Of a stretch of DNA of 64,000 bases, positions 49,101-58,419 are shown piece by piece. The position numbers were made by a program, and so were the translations under genes. The DNA is from Alphaproteobacteria bacterium (GTDB taxonomy: Bacteria; Pseudomonadota; Alphaproteobacteria; UBA6615). The notes beneath the pieces were generated by a model. The model was not told where the DNA came from, made no database searches, and was given only the letters and a program-made list of their open reading frames with translations. Position 1 is the first letter of the stretch; each line of letters starts with the position of its first letter. The stretch is taken from assembly GCA_028822385.1 (NCBI GenBank), contig JAPKDV010000001.1, positions 4,509 through 68,508 on the forward strand. Direction: 5' to 3'.

Positions 49101-50000
49101 CTACCTCCTTACCATTCCAAAGCTAAATCCACGAGCAAGATGCTTGCGGATAATCATTCCCACCACGATGAGAGGGAGAGTAATACCAACCGATAGTGCG
49201 GCTTGGCGTCCGTAGACGCGGCCTTCGGTCGACCCTTGATATTTTGATAATTCAACCGGGAGGGTCACCACTGCTGTTTTCGACAGCAGCAAGGCAAGTA
49301 GATACTCGCTCCAGGTTAGTATCAAAATGAACAAGAAAGTGGCCACCAACCCGGATCGTACGAGAGGAAGGACAACTTCCCAGATCGTGCGGGCACGGCT
49401 CGCCCCAAGAATTTCTGCGGCCTGCTCCATTTCACGTGGGACTTCGTCGATGAAGCTCTTCGACATCCACACCGCGTAGGGCAGAGTGGTTAGGAAGTAG
49501 AGCATAACTAGACCCGTGATTGAATCGAGCAGTCCTAAGGCGCTGTACCAGATCGATATGGGCGCCACCAAAACGATTGGTGGCACCATTCGTAACATCA
49601 ACAACTGGAACATTCGTCCTTCGGACAGTATCTGGTATCGCGATACGCCGTATGCGAGGACCGCTCCGAACAAGACCGAGAGCGTTGTTGCGATAACTGA
49701 AATTAGGGCACTGTTGCCTAGCGCCTCCCATGGGCGTTGTAGAGACTGGGTATAGGTTTCCAAGTCCCCGTCTTCGTTGGTTGCGTATTCGCTTACATCC
49801 GCCCACACAACCAGATAGTTCATCATTGTTGCGTTTTCAGAAATATAAACTGGTGGCCACGCAAACCATTCTTTGTCTGGTTTGAATGAAGTTGAAACCA
49901 TCCAGAAGATCGGGAAGGCAACGATACACAACCAGAAGGTTAGGACCAGATAACGGAATGCCGAAAACGACATCCGTCGTTGAGATTTGGTCATTGCCAT
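49101..50000 (-). CDS. ABC transporter permease (MalG/UgpE-like)
   Basis: 6-TM permease with an EAA loop region; the start is uncertain (the ORF track extends to 50057, overlapping the upstream permease). Confidence 0.7.
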   Translation of the reverse strand: MAMTKSQRRMSFSAFRYLVLTFWLCIVAFPIFWMVSTSFKPDKEWFAWPPVYISENATMMNYLVVWADVSEYATNEDGDLETYTQSLQRPWEALGNSALISVIATTLSVLFGAVLAYGVSRYQILSEGRMFQLLMLRMVPPIVLVAPISIWYSALGLLDSITGLVMLYFLTTLPYAVWMSKSFIDEVPREMEQAAEILGASRARTIWEVVLPLVRSGLVATFLFILILTWSEYLLALLLSKTAVVTLPVELSKYQGSTEGRVYGRQAALSVGITLPLIVVGMIIRKHLARGFSFGMVRR

Positions 50001-50004
50001 TGTT

Positions 50005-51000
50005 CTAGCCCTCCTCCGGCTTCGCATCGTACATCGCGTCGAGGTTCTTCTTTTCACGGCGCAACAGCCAGATTGCGGACATGACGATGGCGACCATCAA
50101 GATCAAGACGACGTAGGACAGGACAGCTGCATACGAGATGTCGAAGTATTGCCAAGCGTTGATAAAGATATAGACCGGGATGGTCTCGGTTGCTGAACCT
50201 GGCCCACCTTGAAGCAAGCCCCAAGTCTTGGGGAACTCCGCCATGGACTCGAGGAACCTCAAAATCAAAGCCAGAAGGATCACTGGACGCAACAGTGGAA
50301 GTTGGACTTCAAAGAAAATCTGAAATCTGTTGGCGCCAAGGATTTGGGCCGCTTCTTGAGGTTCTTTAGGGAGTGAGGCGAGGCCCGCCATCATGATAAT
50401 GAAGCTGAACGGGGTCCAGTTCCATATTTCCATAAAACCAATCGTCGTAAGTGCGATTTCCTGCTTATACAAGAACTGCGCTTCGATCCGGAGCCCAGTA
50501 ATACGGCTAAGAATGTCGTTTAGGGGACCGTTCTGATACAGGATCATTTCGCCTGTGTAGGCAATAACAATCGGAACTGTAAGCATCGGCAGAATGAAGA
50601 AGATGTAGTAGAAGCCCTGACCGCGGAACGGGCGATACATCAGTAGTGCTAGGGCAAAACCTATTATGAAGCACCCGACCGTAACGCCCACCGCGAACAT
50701 TAGCGAGCGAACAATTGCAAAGCCGAACTTGCTATCAGTTAACGCATCCGCCCAAAGGTCCAGGCCCACCCATTGCGAAGCGCGGAAATAGGAAAGGAAA
50801 GATGTGTCGTCACCCGCATCAAAAATAGAGAACGAGAAAAATGAAAAGTAGCCCTGCAGCAAAAGCGCTGGACCTAGAATGAAAATCATCAGCGCTAAAA
50901 AGGGTGTCAGAACGGTCCATTTGAACCGTCGGATACCCTGTGCGCGAGTAGCTGCGCGCTGATTTATTGGCGCCGCACTCATTGTCGTTTGAGCAGTCAT
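50005..51000 (-). CDS. ABC transporter permease (MalF/UgpA-like)
   Basis: 331 aa polytopic permease adjacent to an SBP and an ATPase. Confidence 0.75.
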   Translation of the reverse strand: MTAQTTMSAAPINQRAATRAQGIRRFKWTVLTPFLALMIFILGPALLLQGYFSFFSFSIFDAGDDTSFLSYFRASQWVGLDLWADALTDSKFGFAIVRSLMFAVGVTVGCFIIGFALALLMYRPFRGQGFYYIFFILPMLTVPIVIAYTGEMILYQNGPLNDILSRITGLRIEAQFLYKQEIALTTIGFMEIWNWTPFSFIIMMAGLASLPKEPQEAAQILGANRFQIFFEVQLPLLRPVILLALILRFLESMAEFPKTWGLLQGGPGSATETIPVYIFINAWQYFDISYAAVLSYVVLILMVAIVMSAIWLLRREKKNLDAMYDAKPEEG

Positions 51001-51091
51001 ATTTAGAAAACCTCGATTGACCCGGAGCGCAACAGTCGCTCCGGGTTATCATTACGAGGAATACAGGCAGTTATGCCTGCGTTCGATCAGG

Positions 51092-52555
51092 CTAGGCCGG
51101 GACGTCGATAGTCGGCATCAGTGACTTGTAAGTCTCTAGCTCTTCTTTCAGACGACGCTTACCAATGCGGCGGATCGAACGGGCCCATGCATCGGTTGTA
51201 TCGGCATTAACCTGTTTGGCTGTCTTGTCGCCAGCATAGGCCTCTGAGATATTCCGCTTGAGTTCGGTTTCGAACTCCAGCATACCAGTCAGATAGATCG
51301 GCGGGGTCGTGACCTGCAGGTTCTTTTTGATCGCTTCCATCCCCCCCGGTGTGTAGGTCTTCTCCGGAAGCGACCCTGGCTTGAAGTGATCTACATGCCA
51401 CGGATCGTGGAATGTGTTGACCCTATCACCAACAATCTTCGCGCTTTCGCCTGAAGTGCCCATATACATAGCCATGTACGCCATGGCTTCTTTATCAGGG
51501 CTGTGCTTGTTAACCAGCATCGACACAACAGGGGTCGAGCATGAGCGCTTGATTAGTTTACCGCTGAACTTGGAGCCAGGCACTTCACCGTAGGTCCATT
51601 TTCCTGTCGTTTTCGACTTGGCCGGGTTTTCAGCGAGGGCAATGATGCCGTCCCAGTACTGACAGGAGAATGCGTTACCGTTGATGATCCGTGGGATCAT
51701 CTGCGGGGTGCCCCAACCAGCAGCTTCTGGGTGCGAGGCTGACTTGACGTTAAGGAACGTCTGCGTGGCATAGATACCCTCATCAGTGTTGATGTTTGGC
51801 TCCATGTCATCCGTGAACGGAAAACCGCCGGCGCTGTAGAGGTACATGTACCACCACACTAGGGATGACCCACGGTCACGAAGGTTGGCTGAACCCCAGA
51901 GATTGTCGTCCGGGCGGGTGAAGAAGTTCATGAGCTCCAGCTCTTCTTCCCACGTCTCGGGCCAAGTCATCTCGCGGCCATACTTGTCTGCAAAGGCTTT
52001 ACGCTCATCGGGGTTCTCGAAGAGATCCTTACGAATGAACTGGACCATCACGTTGCCATCCGTCGGGATGCCATAGGTCTTGCCCTTATAGGTCATGAAC
52101 TTACCGAAGTTACCAACTGCGTTGATCTTGAAATCGGCCTTCTTCATGTATTCATCGAGCGGCTCTAGAAGACCGGCGGAAGCCAGCGACGGGATCATGT
52201 TCGAATCAACATGGAAAAAGTCAAATTCCGGAGACTTCGAAAGCGCTTCGGCCATAGCACGCTGCGGAATTTCGAACGTGCTTATGTCCATAATTTTTGG
52301 AAGTCTGATGTTGGTGGCGTCACCAAAATCCTTGATAGCGCCGGACGTTGCGACCTGGTAGTTGGACCACATCATGCCCGAGACGTCTACTCCACCCGGC
52401 GCTGCGGCTTTAGCTGCAGCAATAATACGGTCCTCTACGGATCCCGCGAATGCAGTACCCGTTAACGCAGGACCTGCCGCACCAACGGCAGCTGCGGTTG
52501 CGCCAGTTTTCAGGGCTTGACGCCGTGTAACTTTAGGAAATGTGTTCTTCGTCAT
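51092..52555 (-). CDS. ABC transporter extracellular solute-binding protein (family 1) with a Tat-type signal peptide
   Basis: 487 aa; N-terminal RRQALKTGATAAAVGAAGPALTGTAFA twin-arginine signal; large family-1 SBP. Confidence 0.8.
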   Translation of the reverse strand: MTKNTFPKVTRRQALKTGATAAAVGAAGPALTGTAFAGSVEDRIIAAAKAAAPGGVDVSGMMWSNYQVATSGAIKDFGDATNIRLPKIMDISTFEIPQRAMAEALSKSPEFDFFHVDSNMIPSLASAGLLEPLDEYMKKADFKINAVGNFGKFMTYKGKTYGIPTDGNVMVQFIRKDLFENPDERKAFADKYGREMTWPETWEEELELMNFFTRPDDNLWGSANLRDRGSSLVWWYMYLYSAGGFPFTDDMEPNINTDEGIYATQTFLNVKSASHPEAAGWGTPQMIPRIINGNAFSCQYWDGIIALAENPAKSKTTGKWTYGEVPGSKFSGKLIKRSCSTPVVSMLVNKHSPDKEAMAYMAMYMGTSGESAKIVGDRVNTFHDPWHVDHFKPGSLPEKTYTPGGMEAIKKNLQVTTPPIYLTGMLEFETELKRNISEAYAGDKTAKQVNADTTDAWARSIRRIGKRRLKEELETYKSLMPTIDVPA

Positions 52556-52748
52556 ACTTTAGCTCCTCCCAGTTCCTGCCTTATTGATCAGGTCGCCCAG
52601 TCGATTGGGATACCCCGGCAAGGTTTAAAAAACCATCGGACAACGAGTGTCCGGAGAAAACGTTACAACACTTTTGCCGTATAGGAAAATTTTTCTTAAA
52701 AAATCAAAGTAGTTTTTTAATTTGCACTTTAAAATTTTTGCTAGAATG

Positions 52749-52816
52749 CTTGGCATCAAGGATTCGCTGGAACTCTTGGCATCAAGGATTCGCTGGAACT
52801 CTTGGCATCAAGGATA
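52749..52816. repeat. 2.6 tandem copies of a 26-bp repeat (CTTGGCATCAAGGATTCGCTGGAACT) in a divergent promoter region
   Basis: Copies at 52749-52774 and 52775-52800 are identical; a partial third copy (52801-52816) diverges after CTTGGCATCAAGGATA. Confidence 0.85.
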
Positions 52817-52900
52817 CGGATCCTCGCTAACAGCTGCCAGATAAGCCTATCTTTGCGCGAGTCGAACGGATAGAGGGCTTGCATTAGTAGGAGTATCTAG

Positions 52901-53572
52901 ATGAATAACCTTCCTGCCGATCCTGCACACAGTGCCGCGACCCTAGGTCCAAAGGTGCGTGGACTTCGCAAAGCGCAAGGGAAGACGCTCTCGGAAGTTT
53001 CGCAGGTGACCGGGCTTTCCATTTCTGCCCTGTCAAAAATTGAAAATGATCAAGTCTCCCCGACTTTTGCCAATCTCATGCGTTTGGCAGAAGGCCTAGG
53101 TATTTCCCTGAGTGATCTAGTGATGCTTGATGATCAGGATGACAGCGTCTCGGCCCGTATGGCGGTCAGCCGAAAATCTGACACGACGTTTCACTCGACA
53201 CCAAAATACGACATATACGCTCTTTGTGCTGACCTCCGGCACAAACGCATGACCCCGTTGATTGAGCGCGTGAAAGCGGACGACCCTAGCAAGATTGATG
53301 GTTTGCTGGCTCATACCGGCGAAGAGTTCTTTTACGTTCTTCAAGGCTCCATTGAAGTCCACACTGAGCACTACAGTGCGGTACGTCTCAATGAAGGCGA
53401 TAGCTCATACCTGGACAGTTCCATGGCGCACACGCTTGTCGCTGTCGACGGTAAGGATGCCGATATTTTGATGGTCTGGCTAGGGCCGAACACATCCGGT
53501 AAGGAAGATGGGGCGAGCCTTGCGGAGGAAATCTTAAGTCGTAACTTATCTAGTTTAGAGCAAGAGATATAA
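52901..53572 (+). CDS. XRE-family transcriptional regulator with C-terminal cupin sensor domain
   Basis: 223 aa; HTH_3 (LRKAQGKTLSEVSQVTGLSISALSKIENDQVSP) plus a cupin_2-like C-terminal half. Confidence 0.8.
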   Translation: MNNLPADPAHSAATLGPKVRGLRKAQGKTLSEVSQVTGLSISALSKIENDQVSPTFANLMRLAEGLGISLSDLVMLDDQDDSVSARMAVSRKSDTTFHSTPKYDIYALCADLRHKRMTPLIERVKADDPSKIDGLLAHTGEEFFYVLQGSIEVHTEHYSAVRLNEGDSSYLDSSMAHTLVAVDGKDADILMVWLGPNTSGKEDGASLAEEILSRNLSSLEQEI

Positions 53573-53590
53573 CAATAAAATAACAAAGGA

Positions 53591-54382
53591 ATGGTGATGA
53601 AAGTACGTCAACTCGATATGCCGGATACGGACGTTATTCAGGTCGGAGAAGGTCCAGACCTTTTATTAATGCACACACTTCTGGCTGAGCGCAGCGTCTT
53701 TGATCAGGCTTTGCCGGATCTCGCCACCCGTTTTCGCGTAACCGTGCCGAATCTACCCGGCTATGGCACGACGCCGCCGCTCGCTAACCCCGAGCCCACT
53801 GTCCGCGACTACGCCGACCGTATTGCTGGAATTATGGATGCAGCTGGTCTGTCCGATGACGCGTCAGTTCTTGGCAACGGTGCTGGCGGGTTTATGTGTG
53901 TGTCCCTAGCGATCAATCATGGCGACCGGTTCGGCAAGCTGATTTTGGCTGATACAGGTCCGGCTTTTCCGGAAGCTGCGAAGGCGCCGTTGCGATTCCT
54001 CGCCAACAAGGTGGAAACAGACGGTATGGAGTCCGTTCTTGATGCTGCCATGCTGCGAATGTTCCCTGAAGGCTATATCGCCGAAAACCCGGGAATTATT
54101 GCCGAACGAAAGGCTGCGCTGGCGACTTGCAATCCCAAAGCCTTCGCCGCGACTGCGCGAGCATTGGCAAATGTAGAGATGGGCAACGAAATTGGCGAGA
54201 TCAAGAACGAGACGCTGGTTATGATAGGTTTGGATGACCAGACGACACCTCCGGCATTGTCCTATGCCTTGCACGAAGGCATTCCCGGTGCCCAGTTGGT
54301 TGAAATCCCTGACTGCGGCCATTGCCCACAGATTCAGGCGCGTGAGACCTTCGTTGATACGGTTATTGGGTTTTTCGCCTGA
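53591..54382 (+). CDS. alpha/beta hydrolase
   Basis: 263 aa; alpha/beta-hydrolase fold with a C-terminal His motif (DCGHCPQIQ). Confidence 0.7.
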   Translation: MVMKVRQLDMPDTDVIQVGEGPDLLLMHTLLAERSVFDQALPDLATRFRVTVPNLPGYGTTPPLANPEPTVRDYADRIAGIMDAAGLSDDASVLGNGAGGFMCVSLAINHGDRFGKLILADTGPAFPEAAKAPLRFLANKVETDGMESVLDAAMLRMFPEGYIAENPGIIAERKAALATCNPKAFAATARALANVEMGNEIGEIKNETLVMIGLDDQTTPPALSYALHEGIPGAQLVEIPDCGHCPQIQARETFVDTVIGFFA

Positions 54383-54536
54383 TAGGCAAACCGCCTAAAA
54401 AAATTCCAACAAATTAAGGTTGCCGCGTCCGCAATTTCACCTCTCCAGCGATTTTGTTTTTCGTAGAGGGCTCCCACGGGTTTCATCGGTGGCGCTTATC
54501 TGGCAGCGTTGTCTGATTGCTTAGGGAGGGGAAACC

Positions 54537-56615
54537 ATGCGATTTGCTGTTGATACTGGTGGGACTTTTACGGACCTAATTGTAGAGGACGATGATCACG
54601 CCCTCCACATGTTCAAGGCCTCTACGACGCCGGACGATCCGATCCGTGGTGTTATCGACAGTCTGCAGGTTGCAGCCGATGACTTTGACATAAGCCTTGA
54701 TGCCCTGCTGGGTAAGGCTGATCTCTTTATTCACGGCACGACCCACGCAATCAATGCGATCGTTACGGGCAATACGGCTAAGACCGCATTCCTGACCACC
54801 GAAGGCCATCGAGACATTCTGGTGTTTCGAGAAGGCGGACGGATGGAGCCGTTCAATTTCACGGTTCCTTATCCGCAGCCTTATATCCCGCGCTCGCTGT
54901 CCTATGAGATACCTGGTCGTATTCTCTCCGACGCCAGTGAGATGAGCCCTCTCGACGAAGGGCGCGTCGTCGAAATACTCAAAGACCTGAAGAGCAAGGA
55001 CGTGGAAGCTGTTGCCGTATGCTTGCTCTGGTCGATTATCAATTCAGCCCATGAAGACCGTGTGGGCGAACTGATCGTAGAGCACTTGCCTGGTGTGCCT
55101 TACACGCTGTCTCATGTTCTTAACCCGTCTCTGCGCGAATATCGTCGTGCCTCTTCGGCTGCGATTGATGCCTCTCTCAAGCCACAGATGAGCGCTTATA
55201 TGCGCAACCTAACTGGGCGGCTGAGCGAAGCCGGGTTCGGCGGGCGCGTCCTGATTGTCACCTCACAGGGTGGCATGATGGATGCGAGCGATATCGCGGA
55301 GCAGCCCATCCATCTTATTAACTCGGGTCCATCCATGGCGCCGGTTTCCGGTCGTTACTTTGCACGTGAAGACGAAGGGTCGGACACGGCCGTGATCGCC
55401 GATACGGGCGGCACGACCTATGACGTCAGCCTGGTACGGAAAGGGCGCATACCGTGGTCCCGCGAAACCTGGATTGGTCAGCCCTATCGCGGGCACATGA
55501 CCGGGTTTCCGTCGGTTGATGTGAAATCCATCGGCGCCGGTGGAGGCTCCATCGCCTGGGTCGATGATGGAGGCATGCTTCATGTTGGTCCGCAAAGCGC
55601 CGGCGCGGTGCCCGGACCAGCCTGTTACGGACAAGGGGGACAAAAGCCGACCTTGACTGATGCGTCACTGGTGCTTGGATATCTCGATCCCGAGTTTTTT
55701 CTCGGCGGCACTATGTCTCTCGATATGGATGGGGCGCGATCTGCGATCGAACGCGAAGTCGCCAAGCCGATGAACCTCAGTCTTGAAGATGCGGCGGCGG
55801 CAGTTATTTCCATTGCGACGGAGAACATGGTCCAGGCCATCGTTGATATCACCGTCAATCAGGGGATTGATCCGCGTGATGCGATCCTCATCGGTGGCGG
55901 CGGTGCGGCCGGGATCAATTCAACGGCAATCGGACGTCGCCTTGGCAGTGAACGGGTTATCATCCCTGAGGTTGGCGCTGCCCTGAGTGCGGCAGGTGCC
56001 ATGATGTCGGACCTGCACGCCCAATATACCCGGACCTTCTTTGCAACATCAAACGACTTTGATACTGCGGGCGTAAACGCAATTCTCGATGTCCTCGAGG
56101 CAAGCTGCAATCAGTTCATCAATGGACCGGGAGAGGGCTCGCTCGAACAGACGATCGAATTCTTTGCCGAAGCGCGTTATCCCGAACAGGTTTGGGAGAT
56201 CGAGGTTCCGCTTGCCTCACGTCGTTTCGAAAGCGATGCCGATGTGGACGCTCTGGTCAGTGAATTTCATAAAGTTCACGAGGACATCTTCGCGATCAAC
56301 GACCCGGACTCCGGCGTTGAAGTTGTTGGATGGACGGCATCCGTAAAATGCCGCCTGCGCAAGGGTGAAAGTGGTTCGTTGGCCAAGCGCGACATGAAGG
56401 CCTCGAAAGATGGGACCCGGAAAGTCTATTTCTCGGGTCACGGCTACGTGGATGCGACCGTGCGACGCTTCGAAGTGATGAAGGAAGGTGAAGTCCTTAC
56501 GGGACCCGCAATTATCGAATCACCCTTCACGACGGTTGTTGTTGATCCAGGTGCGACGGCGGAACGTCGTGCTTCTGGCAGTGTCTCTATTGTCCCCGGG
56601 CAGGCCGCGATATGA
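54537..56615 (+). CDS. hydantoinase A / oxoprolinase-family protein (HyuA-like, ATP-hydrolysing subunit type)
   Basis: 692 aa; MRFAVDTGGTFTDLIV N-terminus with ASKHA-fold ATPase motifs. Confidence 0.85.
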   Translation: MRFAVDTGGTFTDLIVEDDDHALHMFKASTTPDDPIRGVIDSLQVAADDFDISLDALLGKADLFIHGTTHAINAIVTGNTAKTAFLTTEGHRDILVFREGGRMEPFNFTVPYPQPYIPRSLSYEIPGRILSDASEMSPLDEGRVVEILKDLKSKDVEAVAVCLLWSIINSAHEDRVGELIVEHLPGVPYTLSHVLNPSLREYRRASSAAIDASLKPQMSAYMRNLTGRLSEAGFGGRVLIVTSQGGMMDASDIAEQPIHLINSGPSMAPVSGRYFAREDEGSDTAVIADTGGTTYDVSLVRKGRIPWSRETWIGQPYRGHMTGFPSVDVKSIGAGGGSIAWVDDGGMLHVGPQSAGAVPGPACYGQGGQKPTLTDASLVLGYLDPEFFLGGTMSLDMDGARSAIEREVAKPMNLSLEDAAAAVISIATENMVQAIVDITVNQGIDPRDAILIGGGGAAGINSTAIGRRLGSERVIIPEVGAALSAAGAMMSDLHAQYTRTFFATSNDFDTAGVNAILDVLEASCNQFINGPGEGSLEQTIEFFAEARYPEQVWEIEVPLASRRFESDADVDALVSEFHKVHEDIFAINDPDSGVEVVGWTASVKCRLRKGESGSLAKRDMKASKDGTRKVYFSGHGYVDATVRRFEVMKEGEVLTGPAIIESPFTTVVVDPGATAERRASGSVSIVPGQAAI

Positions 56616-56649
56616 GCACCGTGCAGATGGAAAATGAGGGGAGAGTTTG

Positions 56650-58419
56650 ATGTCGGACAAGAAGAAGATTGATGGGGTGCAACTCGCGTTGCTTTCGAAC
56701 CGTCTGGAAGGTATTTCCAGCAAGATGGGAAATACCCTGATGCGAACAGGGCGTTCGGGTGTTTTGAATATTGCGCGCGACTTTTCCTGCTGCATCCTGA
56801 CCGGCGACGATAAGCTTGTGGCTGTTGCCGAGGCTTTGCCTATACACGTGCTTTCCGGTCCCGACATCATGGCACAGACCATGAAAGAGTATCACCCGGA
56901 TCTGAAGCGGGGTGATGCCTTCCTTCACAACTCGCCTTATCACGGCTGTTCCCACGCCGCGGACCATACGATCCTGATTCCTGTGATCGATGATGATGGC
57001 ATTCATCGTTACACCGTTGCTGCCAAGGCTCATCAGGCGGACATCGGGAACTCGATCCCAACCACGTATCACGGCACGGCGCGTGATGTTTACGAGGAAG
57101 GCGCATTGATCTTCCCGGCCGTGAAGGTTCAGGAAAACTATGAATACAATATGGACATCGTTCGGATGTGCCAACTGCGTATCCGGGTGCCCGATCAATG
57201 GTGGGGTGACTTCCTGGCCATGACGGGTGCTGCCCGAATTGGTGAGCGAGAAATTCTGGCCTTGGGTCGTGAGGTCGGCTGGGACACGCTGGAGAATTTC
57301 AACGAGCAGTGGTTTGCCTATTCCGAGGACCGCATGATCACCGCCATCCGGCAGCTTCCGGAAGGGACGGCCACGCGCACCTCGACCCATGATGCTATCC
57401 CGGGAACACCACCGGACGGCATTACGATCAAGAGTATCGTCACCATTGATCCTGACGTCGGAAAGGTCACAGTTGATCTGCAGAACAACCCGGACGCCCA
57501 GCCATGTGGGCTGAACCTGTCGGAAGCCTGCGCCAGGACATCAGCCATGGTGGGTGTGTTCAATTCCATTGACCACTCGGTGCCGAAAAACGCTGGTTCA
57601 TTTGGACGCATTGAAGTCTTGCTGCGCGAGAATTCTGTCTGCGGTATTCCCATACATCCGACGAGTTGCTCGGTGGCGACCACGAACATCGCCGATCGGG
57701 TCTCCAATTCGACCCAGTCGGCCATTGCGGAAATAGCTGACGGGTTCGGTCTCGCTGAATGTGGCGCTATCATTCCGCCATCCACGGGCGTTGTATCAGG
57801 GATGGATGAAGCCCGCGGACGGCCCTTTGTGAACCAGGTGTTTCTCGGGCTAACTGGCGGTGCTGGTGCACCTGATGCAGATTGCTGGCAGTCGATCTGT
57901 CATGTCGGCAATGGCGGGCTCTGCTACCAGGATTCGATCGAACTCGACGAGATGCGTCAGCCGATTTTCGTCAAGACCCGGGCCTTGGCGCCAAATACGG
58001 AGGGCGCAGGTCGCTTTTGTGGTGCGCGTTCGGCCTATACGGAGTTTGGTCCTCGCACGGGAAGTATGGATGTGGCCTATGTCAGCGACGGGGGCATAAA
58101 TGGACCCAAGGGCGTGCGCGGTGGGCTCGGTGGTTCGAATGCCAGCCAGTTTCGGATCACGCGTAACGGTAAGCACGAAGACCTGCCCAATTGTGATGTT
58201 GTCAATCTGGTCGCCGGAGAGCTGATAGGTTCACAATCCTGCGGCGGTGGCGGATACGGTGACCCGAGAGACCGCGATCCTGAAATGGTCGCCCATGATG
58301 TGCGGGAGGAATATGTCAGTGTCGAACGAGCAGCGTCGGTCTATGGCGTCGTGATCGACGCGGCAGGCAATGTGGACATGGCTGCGACCGAACAGAAGCG
58401 TGTGGGTGTATCGGCTTGA
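56650..58419 (+). CDS. hydantoinase B / oxoprolinase-family protein (HyuB-like), paralog 1
   Basis: About 589 aa; LSNRLEGISSKMGNTLMRTGRSGVLNIARDFSCCI typical of the HyuB family. Confidence 0.85.
   Translation: MSDKKKIDGVQLALLSNRLEGISSKMGNTLMRTGRSGVLNIARDFSCCILTGDDKLVAVAEALPIHVLSGPDIMAQTMKEYHPDLKRGDAFLHNSPYHGCSHAADHTILIPVIDDDGIHRYTVAAKAHQADIGNSIPTTYHGTARDVYEEGALIFPAVKVQENYEYNMDIVRMCQLRIRVPDQWWGDFLAMTGAARIGEREILALGREVGWDTLENFNEQWFAYSEDRMITAIRQLPEGTATRTSTHDAIPGTPPDGITIKSIVTIDPDVGKVTVDLQNNPDAQPCGLNLSEACARTSAMVGVFNSIDHSVPKNAGSFGRIEVLLRENSVCGIPIHPTSCSVATTNIADRVSNSTQSAIAEIADGFGLAECGAIIPPSTGVVSGMDEARGRPFVNQVFLGLTGGAGAPDADCWQSICHVGNGGLCYQDSIELDEMRQPIFVKTRALAPNTEGAGRFCGARSAYTEFGPRTGSMDVAYVSDGGINGPKGVRGGLGGSNASQFRITRNGKHEDLPNCDVVNLVAGELIGSQSCGGGGYGDPRDRDPEMVAHDVREEYVSVERAASVYGVVIDAAGNVDMAATEQKRVGVSA

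Noticed and set aside
56587-57390. 267-aa minus-strand ORF within hyuB paralog 1, and similar minus ORFs (58431-59165) within paralog 2
   Set aside because: They are antisense to strongly conserved HyuB coding sequence and have no family resemblance.
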